A stretch of DNA of 64,000 nucleotides, taken from Lingula anatina. Lineage: Eukaryota; Animalia; Brachiopoda. Made by a program: the position numbers and the translations under genes. Below are positions 27,819-41,900 of the stretch, in pieces (within the stretch, counting starts at the first letter, position 1; every line of letters starts with the position of its first letter). The notes beneath the pieces are model-generated. The model saw only the letters and a list, made by a program, of their open reading frames with translations. It was not told the DNA's origin and did no database searches. The stretch is from the NCBI GenBank assembly GCA_051362555.1, contig CM120645.1:4836001-4900000 (forward strand), written 5' to 3'.

Positions 27819-27910
<92 letters not shown>

Positions 27911-30900
27911 GAATAGTTGGATCAAATTAATGGTTCCATTTTCACTAATATGGAAATTGATTGGTAAATTGAACTATCGGAAATAATCTGCATAGAGCAC
28001 TCTTATAATGCATTTGCTGTCAACTAAATAGCAGTGAACTTTTAATTGAATTGTAGAGAACCTGTCAAAGCACATCAGTATTCAGTGATTCTCTTACTTT
28101 TCACACATTTCAGTTAAAGTGCAGAAAATGCCTATTAATTTAGCCGCCACCCCACCACCACCTCCATAAAATTTAAAAAATAAAAAATTATAAGCCAAAC
28201 AAATGAAAGAAAGAAAAAAAGTTTAAAGGCAAATTCCAGAGGTGTTACTTAGCTGGTGTAATATCGTGATGTTGCTTGTTGTATAAGTAGAAATATTGAT
28301 AAATGGCACTCGCATCAAAAGATGTTGTATACGTATATATTTGTTGCTATGGGTATTTTTAGGGTACGGTCGAGTGTGACAGCGAGACAGCTTTTGAGCT
28401 AGCAGCGCATGTGTTGCAGGCAGCACATGGAGATTACGAAGAGTAAGTATGAAATCACACGCACATGTGCATGTATGCATATATGCATATTCTGATAGGG
28501 GTGAGATTAAACTGAATGTGTCAGTCGGATATAATCTTTGTAAGTTTCCCTACAGCTATTGGTGAAAGTGTAGGTACTAATGCCAAATCCCAGTATTCTA
28601 ATATTGGAAGTTTTGTCATCATTGCACAGATATTTTCAGAACATCTTTTGACACTGAAAAATTTATCTGTCACATAGACTAAATACAAGTCTTCAGTACA
28701 AAAAAAGTAGGGCTTGGCTGCTGGAGTTTTAACATAACAGGATCCCCATTATGAATAATTCAGTGTTTCTGATGACACTATCAGTGTTTTCTGCCTAGGC
28801 ATGGTGACTCATGGATTCCGCGGGGGATCCCGAGGTTTTAAAACACATTGCTGGTATGGGATAATGAGTAGTAGAAGTGAGATATGTGATAATTGTGGGA
28901 AATCTTCCTGACTGCAGTAATTACAATCATTTTTTAAACACCATAGTCATTCCAATTAATTGAAGCCTGCAGCACAGTCAAGCAGATCTATCAAATTAAA
29001 ATTTTTAAAATCTTTCATCTTCTAACATTTGTACCTGAAGTCGGGTTTTATTTGGTTTGGACTTTTAGCTTGGTCTTGGTTTGTATCATTTTTTTCTTCC
29101 AACTGAAACATGCTAAAATCTAATATAGAAGTCAAATCATTTCTTGTGTGTATTCAACTGATTTATTACTTAAATTGTCTTTAGGGAAGTCTGATCAGTT
29201 TTGTTCAAATTAATTGAGAAATTACTCCGCCTTACCTTAAATGGTTAACACAAAAAGTACCTAAGGTATTCTCCAAAATATGCTACTATTCTTAGCTGAC
29301 GAGTTTCACCAGCAATGCGTGACATTAGATTGAGTTTTAGCAGTGTGACATGTTTATAAAGTCAAGTTATAATACACAGAGGAAAAGAGAACAGGGTGGA
29401 ATGGTTTCACGAGAACTTAAGCAATTAGTTTCAAAGGCAGCCATTTCCAAATGTTTTGAAGCAATACATTTTCTATTTAATTGATAATGGGGTAAATGTG
29501 CCTTTCTCGGAGCCTATCCATCATTGCTGTCGGCTCTCTTAGATTTTATTCTTATAATAACCAAGGGCAGAGTGGAGGAAGATTTGCTGCATGCATGAAG
29601 ACTAATGACAATTTTAAAGTCCTTACACCACCATCATGCACACTTGCACTTGATCACACATGCACATACGCGTGCACGGAGAGAGAATAGGGGATAAAAA
29701 ACACTAGTCTTGCGCACATAAGCCTAGTCTGAATATGCTTGCAATATTAATGAGCAATTAGGATTGTTACCCCCCCCCCCCCCCCCCACCACCAATGCCT
29801 GCTGTACTTTTTGTTATAATTTTTTACAAAACAGATGAATCATTTCCTGCAGAAATAATTGTTTTGCTGTTTTTGTGCTGACAACCAAATGACTAACAGC
29901 CAATACATAAGTCTGACTTTGTTCTTGGATCTAGATCATTTATGGGAAATTAATGTGTAAATTTAAGTCTAAATTCTGCAAAGTCATAATGAGGATAGGT
30001 TTTGTGCATTCAGAATACATACTATATTGGGCTTGCTTAGGATTATTCTGGATACTTCTTGTATTGCAACACATTTTTTCCCTGAGCCAAGTTCAAATTT
30101 ACTTGCAAGATTCATTTGTAAAAGGCATATTTGCCCAGGGGCAGGTGTTCATACTGAACTGTATGATTCATTGAATTCTTGAGATCTATCCCTCTCTTTG
30201 TTTTATTTGTAAGTTGTTTTTTGCACTAGTTTCCAGTAATTACTGTACTTTTCAGGGGTTGTTAGAGGCATCAGTTGTGTGAAGTCTGGTTCAGCATTGT
30301 CCTGGGACTTCATATTTTACTGAGAGTGGCCACCATTTACTGTTTCAAGTATCATTTGTGTTCCTATAATTCCTTTTGTCTTGGTTTTATTGCCCATGTA
30401 TTAGCTTGATGGATAGAATTTTTTTCTATTTTCATACCAAATCATCAATTACCAATATGTCACCAGTGTTTGTAAAAATTAATTTCCTGGAAGGAATCGT
30501 AAAGTTGGGCACAATAGCCCATTGATGTCGCCAGATAAAATGTTTTTTGATGTTGAATGGGATTGCCTGTTATAGATATTAAATGAAATTGATGGAAGCA
30601 GTCTTTTTTCTTTTCTTTATATTGGAAGGGATTTTTTTCAGTTGTTGAAAAGTAAACCACTGGAAATTTCCCGAAATTATCATTAAATAAAGCATTGCGG
30701 TCAGCTGACATTTCAGTATGGTGTGTGTTATGCTGTGCTGTTACTGGAGTTTGCTTGTTATGACATTCAAGAAAGGGAGATATGGGATATACAGTCACCA
30801 TGCTCTTGTGCTAAATATTACACAGATTATTATTATTATTGCGGCGCATATCAAATTTTAATAAACATAAAACACTGCAATTTTGAGCAATTCATAATTC

Positions 30901-33900
30901 ACGAAATCCTGTGAGTAGAAGATCTATCTGTCAGATGAGAGCCATTCAGAAGTCATTTTCTGAGTTCTATGCTCGATTAACCCTCCTATTAAGTGCTACT
31001 TCGTCTGGCAACTACAAAGACAATGGCGGCAGGAGTAGTTTGTTATATCAGTTTGGTGAGTTAGTGTTTAGTGCGTTGCATATATATGTGCGTTTGGTGT
31101 GTCTGATGGAGAAAAATAAGACTCTGACAAAAAAATCTGCATAACGCCCAAACCGTTGTTAGATTTAGATGGCAGTATTGGTTGGTCTGGCAACAGTGGA
31201 GACATCTACATCGGAGGTAATTCGTCATAGAAATGTAGGGGGGCTGGACAGAGTCCAATGCACTGGATACGTGATCTGTATTCAAATGTTTCCATATGAA
31301 GTTTTGAAAATCAGTTTGTTAGCAGTTGAGGTGAATGAGTGTATACCATTTTTACATTAGTTTTGAAGTGAAGCTCGTCTGTCTTATGTCTTATTTTAAG
31401 GCTGTGTTGACTTGAATTTTGGTATTAAGAAGAGTTGTCGGAGCTTTTTTTTTTTTTTTTCACCAGTAAGCTTACTTTACACACTATAAATGTTGTACCA
31501 ACAAGCTGTTTCAGGTGTATTCATATTGTAATAGCATTCATGTTAATCACAGAAATGAGGGTGTTTAACTATTTTGGCAAATTATTTCCATTATTCAGCC
31601 GCCAGTATATCTTATATATCTTAATTTACAATACTGGCAAAGGCAATCACTTGATTTAATGAAGTGAATAAATCTCTTTTGAATTGTGTTTAAATGGTTC
31701 ATTTTGGCTGTTTTCCCACAGGTGGTAGATCTGCAGCTTGGCTAAAAAATCTGAGATGATATTTTAGTGCTGTTATCTCCACTGTATCTTTTATCTTTAG
31801 TCTTTAGGTGAATAACACTGAAGCCAGCTAATTGCTGATATCTGTTTAGTACTACATGGATATCTAATGATGTTTTTGATTATATTTTCAGCGATGATAT
31901 AACTCGTAGTCAGCTAAAGAAACTTCCTGTTCTCCCAACCAGTATATTTAAGGACCATCCTTCTATACAGTACTGGTGAGTTCTAATGGTTTGGTGTAGT
32001 AATTATTATAATAATAGTGATTATGCTGTGAATGTCAATTTAGATATTTGTTTTGTGACATACGTGTAATTTACTGCTCAAGTAGACAGTGGAATAAAAA
32101 GAAAGAAATGGATGAATATTTATCTTTAAGATGAGGAATTGATATATTTACTGTTCAAAAAATAAAAGCCAGATGGAGCAAACTTCTTACCTGCTGTTTT
32201 TTCTGTAAAAGAAAATACAGGTATTAGAAATTTGTAACTTAAGTGTATTTCTCTTTGTAAACTGTCAACAAAACTAAAGTCATCTTATTTCTAAAGGATT
32301 TCTCATTCAGGAGGCACACTGAGATAGAGTGAAGAAGTGAGTGTTTTAAAATTGTTTATAAAAATTGTCAAAGATTTAAGAAAATATTTTCATTTTCCAG
32401 TGAGGATAGAGTTATAGACCATTATAAGAAGTTATCAGGGCAGTCCAGGGGGTCAGCTATTGTGAAGTAAGTACAGCTGTCACATTGCAACACAGGGTCT
32501 CAACTAACGCAATGTGATAGAACACTTTCCTAATTAAAAAAAAAAAATATATATATATATATATATACAATTTCATTTGAACAGGACGTGCTTCAACTCC
32601 ATCGGATATTTGCCAGGTATTAGAAGTAAATTCTCTACATTAGACATTTTATAAGCCCCCCCCCCCCTCCCCCCAATGCTCATGTCTAAAACATTTACAT
32701 GATAGATTAAGTCACAAGGTTCTTCACAGCTGAGTTGGAACATTCATCTTGCAATATTGATGTATTTTGCTCAAGTTGTGTAATATTCCATCACATGGCA
32801 CACCTGCTACCCACAGGGAGCTTAGTACTCATGGTGAGATATTATGTGGCATTATGGCATGTGTTGGCAATTACTCGACAGATTTGATTTCGTATTCATC
32901 CTTTTTTCCTCAAAAACTATTTTGGGATAGTAGCATTAAAAAGAAAAAAATTTGAAATACCAGAATAAAAACTGGGTTCAAGGTAAAAAAAAAACAAAAA
33001 TGCATAAATCTTGGAAAAAAATAGATACTGTAAAATGTAAGGTGTTTAAAAGTTGTAATTATTGAGCATGCATTCATGAATTGAACTAACTTATTATGTG
33101 GTCTTACATCCATATTTATAAAAAGATTACTTCTTGGATTAGGACTTTGAAAGAGATCCAAGATGATTAAATAACAGTGGAATTACTATGAAACTTTTTG
33201 GAACATTATTTATTTATTTACTAAAACAGCAAAATTTCTTTCTTTCTTATTACATTGCATTGTGAGAGCAAAGTGCAAAGATAGCTATGAATTGATTTAT
33301 TAGAACAAAGCATAAAAATTTTGATGAGTTTTAGATTGCTTTAAGCAGGAAGCATTCATTATGTGATAATGGAAATAGAAATAATGGAAATAGAGATCAG
33401 TCTAAATCTGTGGTGTTAGATGCTTTGATAATTTCTCTGGCATGATAATTAGTCTGCTAGGTAGCAAGGAAAGAAAAAAGATTGTATTTTGATTGTACAG
33501 TCTAATTGATGAAAATATGGAAAATTTGACTAAAATTAATATAGTTTTATTGTAAAATAATTTCGGCCATCCAGCAAAAAGAAAAAAAAAAAAAAGAAGC
33601 AAATTAGGGGTGGCACAGGGCATCTTCTTTGGTAATTCCCTATTAAAACATGTACAGTCAGGTAAAGCTGTCAGATGAAGTTGAGTGTAATGTACGCTAT
33701 AATGTAGATTTCATTGCATGCTTCATTTCATGTGACAGCTTGCTATATGAGGCAATTTAAAAGTTATGAATATTGATGAGCAAGAATGAGACACTGTTGC
33801 TTGTAGAAAGTGGCTAGTACTTCAAAAGGATTTGACTGGATACGTATAAGTACTCAAAAATCAGTTTATAAATCAATGAGCTGGTGGGAATACCAAATAA

Positions 33901-36900
33901 GAAAGGGAGCAGCTAGAACTCCAAAGAAACAACAATGTTACTGGGAATTCTCATGACAATGTTACTAGGAATTCTCACGGGTGCTGCACAGCTCAGTAGA
34001 GCGTAAAATACTCGATGAAATCCTCTCAGCTGTGACATGGGCATAAATAATGCTATTTAATTTGGCATCCTACGTTAATGACCTCCCAGTTTGTTATAAT
34101 TCTCTTGGCGCGCTGTTCTGAAACCAAGTGACAGGCAATTTTGTCCTTTCAACCCATGACCTCTGACCCTGGTCATGTGACTGACTTTATGGTACTTGTA
34201 TTTTCAGTTATCTGAGTATAGTGGAAACGTTACCGACATACGGAATACACTACTATGAAGTCAAGGTAAGTGACTGGGTGGACAAGGGATGAGTTGATGC
34301 CTCAGAGAGAGAGAAAGAGAAAATATTTTCGCTTTATCATACTTTTAAGTGATGCCATCAATTCAGAGTACAGCAAAATATGTTTTGTGCCTATTATGCT
34401 GCATAGGAGGCAGTATGGTTCCTGAATTCATATCCTATGTCGCAAACTTCAGTTCCCGTGCCTTTTGGGCTGATAGTGGTGTGAAGGTTTTGAGTTGATA
34501 TGTTTGATATTTTAGTATTTTTAGAATTTATATAGGGACCACGAGCTTATATAATTTACGTTTATTTTCAAGTTTTGTCTTTGGCAGCTCTCTTTTTAGC
34601 ACCTCCAGGTATACTGTACAGTATGTATTAAGGGCACTTTTCCAGTTTTGCCTGTTTAAACTCTTTCAGCAGCTAAATGACTATTTAAACATCTCTCACT
34701 GTCACCAACTTTATGAGGAATTATGGAATAAAAAAAAACTGTCGGCAATATTTTAAAACTTTTCTTTAGCAACTACAAGTTCTCTTCAACAGTATGTTTA
34801 AAAAGTATCCTTGCTGACAGGAACATAGACTACATAGTACAGTAGTATATTTTCAATGCCTTTTAACATCCTCCAAAATGAAAATTGCATAAGGAGCGCC
34901 CTGTCTGTGTAATGGTGTAATATATAGGGGAATGCCTAGAGATATGTACCTTTCTATTATCCCAGCGGTGGCTGGGGGAAAACATACGCAAGTCAAATTT
35001 ACCAGTCCATTGTTATTGTTTATACTGCATTTGAAATCGCCTACCAAATTTCCATTGCTGGCTGTGGACTCAGTAGGGTGAGTTTAGCTCAATGTACTGA
35101 ATGAATTTATTTTTTGTGTCTGTGTGACGGCTGTTGAGTAATGATGTATTAACTGGAAGTGTGCTTGTATGCAGAAAAAGGAAATGAGCTTATGTCATAT
35201 TTTTGCTCATTTTGTTTTGAAAAAGAATCTGCAGCTGACAATTTTTGCGTAGAATTTGAATTTGCAATAAGTGGTCAAATGCATTGGCGACATTGATTTT
35301 TATGAGAAAAAGGTGCTTTTTTTACTATTTTGAAAGGCTTAATATTTGATGGGTATTTCCATAAGAAGGGAATATTAAATGAAAATGATAGAAAGATTAA
35401 GCCCCAAGACTTAAACAGCCTCCTCCCTGATCCCTCCATTAGCTTATCCTAGTCAGCATAATAATAAAAATAATAACACATTCAAGTTACAGACGTCCAA
35501 CGCCTCGCCATATTTTGTTAAGCCAATGAAAATATTAACCCAGGGGTATTTGGTGTATTCCGCTCTCCTCGCAAAGCAAACACACCTCTTTTTGGCCCAC
35601 TCTGGGCCCCTTTAAAAGACCCCCTCAACCCATCAAATTGTGACTTGGACCTCTTTAAGAACAGGTAGTGGAGTGAGGGGAACCCTTTGTGTTCCAAGTG
35701 TAAAGCCAATCAATAAGCAGCTTTTGTGTGAGCAGAAGTCGAGGAATGTGCGTGTGTACAGTTATTCGCCACTGGGGTCTTATGGGTACGTGAGCTGTCC
35801 GATGTCCGCGTGATAGTTTAGGGATGGTTACTTCATTAATTGGCCATCTTTTAAGAAGAGTCTTTTGTGATTAGTTGCAGCCATTGATGAACTATAGTTT
35901 CAAGTACAGGCTCATGCAGCTTACTTGAACAAATACAGTGTCTTGATTACTGGTAAGTTTTATAGGTCTTCATTAGGGAGTAGAAAGTTACACAGTTGCT
36001 CAGTTATTATCTGGACCAAGGGGAAGATGTTTTTAACTTAAAATTCCATTAGATTTTGATGGAGATACATAATATAATTAATCAGTTAATTGATTAATTA
36101 ATTGAGAGATAATGAGAATTAAACTGCCTTGGCGGGGGTCTGCACTTCCTGAGTGCTTCTCTAGTTCCTTAATGGGATAAAAGTACTTTATTACCTGATG
36201 GTCAACTCAAAGGGTACAAACAGGATGGTGTGACCAGGTACTGTAACAGGTATACTTCATCTACACCAGGGGGACAGGATATATATCCGGCTGGTGGAAT
36301 GTTTATATATGTACATATATACACCAGGGGAGCACTGTGGTGCAGTATATTTTGTTTGTGCTGGAAGGACCTCTATATGTCCAGGCTACTTTCTAAAGTG
36401 TATATAGGAAGTCGATGGTAAACAATTCATTGGAATTCAGCCCACTCCTTTCTCTGTACAGTGTGATGGTGAAGAATTGCTGATAATACTCTGAGGAGAG
36501 AATGTGCTGAGAATATGACCGCAAGTAGGTGAGGATTGGCTCTAGGAAGTTGCACTCTGCAGTATGTTGGCTCTATATATGTATAGACTGGGGCATTCAG
36601 GGGAAAACACCCTGAGTCTTAGAGAAAATGGCAGAAAGGACTAGATCTTGAACATTTTGATAATAATGCACTTTTTTGGCTGTGTTTGAACATTAAGGGT
36701 GCAGTGTAATGTATGGGCTTTGTTAAGACAGGGACATTCAGGGTGTAACACCCTGAGTTTCAGGTTAAGAGGCCAAGGCAGGCATATCTGATACTCTCGG
36801 TGAAGAACAGCTGCTTAGGCTACACCTGAGGGTAAAACGACTTTACCCTCTTTGCATTGGAATAATTTAACTGCATGGGGTTCAGAGAGAAGCTGTTTAC

Positions 36901-38278
36901 ATAGCCAAGTAGATTTTTAGCTCAGTCTTGGTCCATTACAAATGGACGGTATGTATTTATGTATACTACATGGACATTTACTTTGTGAAGTTTAAACATT
37001 TCAGCTGATGGGGAAGGGAGGAAGAAGAAAGCGGTTACTGGCTGAATTTTAATAGGAGGGAGTAGGCATGATCAATAGATCTATGATTTGTTTCTGATTT
37101 AGGTTAGGTAAAGAATGTTTAGATTGTTGTGTGAGCCCATATGCAAATTCATAAGAATTGTATTCCAATACAAGTTTGAAAGATATGGATATGATCATAA
37201 ATCTGCTGAAGGGTAGAGTTGAGTGACTTCATTTCAGTATGTTTTGGTGCCGTGGGTGAAATATTCCTCCTTGGAAGCAGTATGTGATAACTGGTCATTT
37301 AATCTCTTATAGTTGTGTATTGCAATTTCCTTAATAAAGTGAGAATATTCTGTAAGAAAAGCACAGTGGTTAAAATAAGCTCCAAGGCATGTAACAGTAT
37401 CAGTTATTAGTGAAATGTCATTTTGGCTCATAGTGTACCTGTAATTGCATGGCGGCAATATAGAACAATGGAACCAGAGAGGAAAGTGTTGACACAGAAG
37501 CTTTCTTACTGTGTTGCTCATTGTAATCCTTTCAGTTCTTCACATTTGTGCAGGCCTGACGCACAATACTTTATGGTGAACAGCAATTAAATGCCGAACT
37601 TAGACTTTTCTGGCTAGGACCTAATATGCGATAGTGATCAGGGAAACCTGATAATCTCGCAATTGTGGTACAGCATTGCAATTTCCTCATTTTGCTTCTC
37701 GGGTGTCGTATCTGTAGGGTGTTTTTTCCTGCCTCCATTCACAGGAAGACACTACATTCGGGATCTTTTAATAAGTGGAGGCGTTGGTTCATATTGAGTT
37801 ATAAATTGATTGTGCTTTATCAGTGGTTGGTTATCATGTATTCTGGTAGCCTTGTTCACAAAAGATTTATAGCAGTTACCTGTTCCTAATTTTTAAAAAA
37901 TTGTCAATTTCTTACACAAAAATTGAAACTTCAGCACATTATTGGCATGCTGAGCACCTGCCAGCTTTCATTCAATCAACACATTGAGATGGTGCTAGCA
38001 TTTTTTTAATGTTTTTATGTTATTTTGGAAGTATTTTATGCCTGATGTGAATATATCCATGTGAGACTTATTTCCAATGGGTTTGCCTGGTAGAACTTGA
38101 TTCTCCTGAGTGGCTGACTTGATTACTATTGATAAAGTGTCGTATATTTTGTAGAAATTTCATCTGATGCCAGGTTTACCTTTGATACATCATTGATTGG
38201 AGTGAGTGTGTATGAATTGTCTGGGGTATCTGTGATTCTGTGAGGAGAGCTTGTTAAGTTCATCATTGATTTGGGTAT

Positions 38279-38331
<53 letters not shown>

Positions 38332-38876
38332 CTTGATATACCTTTCTTATTTTGAAGCTTTATTAAAATTTTTGTATATATATTCATTGCAGGATAAGAC
38401 AGGTTTGCCATGGTGGCTTGGTCTCAGTCCTAAAGGTATAGCCCAGTATGACTACGCAGACAAGAGGACACCCAGGAAGGTACTGTAACATGCACACACA
38501 CACATACGCACACGTGCTCAGCTAATAGATGTGGGTATTTTGTTGTTATATACATACTTTTTCTTTTATATAACAGTAATGTAAGCACATTCACATACAC
38601 ACACACACACACACACAGTGTAGAAATAAGTGCAATGTTGTAACAGTAAAACACAGCTGTTGTTTGCCTAAGATGTTGAAGACACATACTTCAGAACAAT
38701 GATTTCTGACCTTTCTTATCCTTTTAACTGTAAAACGACTTAAAGGAAATCAATTCTTCTGCAACTGATACTGCATTCACATGGGTCCTACATCACCCTG
38801 GTTGAGTGCTTTGCAGTCTTGGTCTTATCGGTGTCCAGTGTAGTGAACAGAAACGAATATTACTGGTTCACAATCT

Positions 38877-38911
<35 letters not shown>

Positions 38912-41900
38912 GTGGGAATAAGTGGGAGAAAGAGCAATAGATTTTTCCAATTCTTTGTCTTGATTTTTTGTATTTTTTTTTAAAGTCCTGGATTGTTTCA
39001 AGATATGTTTGCAATGCTTCCATTACTTTGATGGCATATAAGGTGAAGATGATTTTTGTGTGCTTTAGTTAGAACAACTGTTTTAATAAAAATTCTACAT
39101 ATTTCTGTTGGGAAAAAATAGAAACATTCTGGCTTCAAAGTTAGCTTTGCAGCCCCAGTTCCCTTGAACACTGAGAAATTAAATTCTTCATTGCTGGGAT
39201 GGATTTAATATAATATACGTAATCCACTTATTCTGTTATGTGTTACATTGAGCAATTTTGTAATTGTAAGTTCTATTTCCTGTTTGGTGAGTAAACTAGT
39301 CCAAAAACAAAAGTATTTTGGCGTCAGCAGGTTTGGAATTCTGAATTGTCTCACACAAGAAGTATACTTGCCTCATTCTTTGAAATTTACTTTGTGGCTT
39401 TCTATTTCACCCATGATTAAGGCCATTATCACAGCAATAATAATGGTCATTGTTCGTGTTTAGTTTTCCTCCTATGTTATGCAAGTGCTGGCATCAGAGA
39501 GCAAATGATGTTGCTCTTTTTCTGTGCAGTTCGTTGGAAAGAACAAAAGAAGCATCAGGGCACTTTGTGCAGACTTGTACCTGTTACCTGTACAACTGAG
39601 AAATAGAAGACAAATCATTAATAAACCCTACCTTGCTGTGAATTTCCTCTGAGAAAAGCGTTACGTATTTTATTCATTTTCAACTATCTTAATGCAAATT
39701 AATTTCTTTTCCTAGAATAGAATAAAGATTTTTCTTTCCCCCCTTCTTGTACCTCTAGACATTGACTTCTTCTTTTTGGCTTCTGATTGATTCTAGGACC
39801 CACACATGATCAATAGCTTGTTGTGTAGGCATCAGTAGCACCAATTGGTCTCAGTGCTAGATAGATAAATGCAGGTCCCATTCAAAAGTGTGGCATTGGC
39901 TCTGGAAATTTGTCTGTAACTGGTTTGATATATGTCCATAACCAGTTAAATATAGGTCCTCACAGTGTTCAAAGATTGGCTTGGGTTCAGATTTAATCAC
40001 CAAATAAACTGTGAATTAACCTTTTTTTTTTTTTTCATGTAAAATAATAAATATATTTGTGAAGTATCAGCTAGCTAATATTACCATTAATTTAGCCGTC
40101 TGAAGTCTGAAGCCCTAGTAGACTATGTCCATCTTGCTCTGCTTGGCAAAGATCTGGTTTAAGACAGTCATTGGTCACTTAATAATAATTTTTTTATTGT
40201 CTACTTGATCATGACCAGAATTATCAAGAGCACACTAGTAAGTGTTTGAAGCTTCACTTAATAAGTACTATTTCAGCAAGTTTCCTTTTCTTTAATCCCA
40301 GAAGAGACAAAATGTATTCACTGTAACTTTTTTTTGTGAAGAAATACAACCATATTTTCTTAAAGGTTATCTTTGAGGGCTGATTTCTTTTCAGATAAAT
40401 TCTTCTGCTGTGGCATTTCAGCTAGCGATGTATTGCTTCCTCACTGGTATTTCTGTTTCTCTCTGTAGTATATTTGATCTGGAGAAATCAATAAAAGTTT
40501 GTGATATATACAAACATAACTGGTCCCTGAGGGGGAGTTTCCTCTTTTATTGTCTGTTATTTCTGTGGACATTGTGTGTGTGTGTTTCAGTGATGGGTCT
40601 CAGTTGATTAAAACATGTACAGGTTCAGCAGATATCTCTCTGGCACCCTGAGTATGCTGGTTATGTATGTGACTACCAAGTACCCAGCCTGCCTGTTTTT
40701 ATAACAAGATTAGATGATAATGACGGGGTTGTTCCATAAAGTAAAAAATAAATGAACAGATAAAATAATATTAAAGTTTAAAAAACAGAAAAAAAAAACA
40801 TTTCCAAAATTTTAGTCCACTTGAATCTTAGGTAAATCAGCAATAGTCCCCTTAAATTTTGGGATTTTAACGAATTATTTATTCATTTATCTAACTTTTT
40901 TTACAGATTCTGTTTTCGAATTACGTCCCTCTAACTTTAAAAACTTTCATGGCTTGGTAATGCCCATGAAGTACCTGCAGACTATCCCGATGGCACTCCT
41001 GCTAATTAATTTATGGAAAGGTCCATTGATTACTTTTTCCACTGCCCACAGGGCGGCATAGTAGACGTCTATATCGATCATCGCCTCAAAGATTTTTACT
41101 CCTTTTCTAAAAATAAACCAAATGAGTTACTTGTCTTCTTTTGAATGGGTAGATGCGCTTCAGAGACTTAAGTCAGTGACCTTAAAAGAGAAAAGGTGTC
41201 AATTTGAGCTTTTAGTGGATACTGTTTCTGCAAAAGAGGATTGCTTGAGTAGTTTAATGAAGTGGGTGTCAGGTGTGTGTATTGATTCTCATTGTAACAG
41301 CATAGAAAATTATTTCCAGCGTGAAAAATTGTTTCCCTAAGATGTAGTATTATGTGTATTTGATAACTTCATTTTAGTGTAATTCTTATATTTACTTACT
41401 TGTACTAGTATTATATTCTAATTGTAATAGATGTCTTTTTATGTTATATGCTAAAACTCTTGATTTTTTTCTGTTATTGCAGGTTTTTCCTTGGAAACAA
41501 TTAGAGAATCTATACTTTCGTGATAGGAAGTTTTCTATAGAAGTTCACGATCCAAAAAGGTGAGTCTTTTTTTAATTTTTTGCTGATTTTTTTTTTTTAC
41601 ACTTATGATGTTTATTGGTTATCATGACAGTTGGTATGAAAACCACACAGGATTTTTAAATAAAACTTTTGCATATTTTAAGGGAGTTACTGCAAATATT
41701 GTTAAAAAAAAAAAAAAGAGGAAACGTCACGTGCTACTGTTTTCAGAAGATTAGTGTAGCATGTTTCAGTGACAGTTGAATAAATTGTTTTTGGAAACCT
41801 CACATTCATTGGCTAATAAAGCTTCACATCCTATTGGTAATTGTACCTACTGTCCAGTCAGAATTGAGATTAGAATCAGCTTAAGAAAGGAGGTGTCTCC

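Noticed and set aside
30723-30914. ORF segment LLEFACYDIQERE resembling a duplicate of FERM exon 5
   Set aside because: No suitable splice sites in phase, and the true exon 5 at 28363-28442 fits much better.
40915-41100. CpG-richer patch that looks like a repeat remnant
   Set aside because: No TIR pair, TSD or second copy identifiable in this window.
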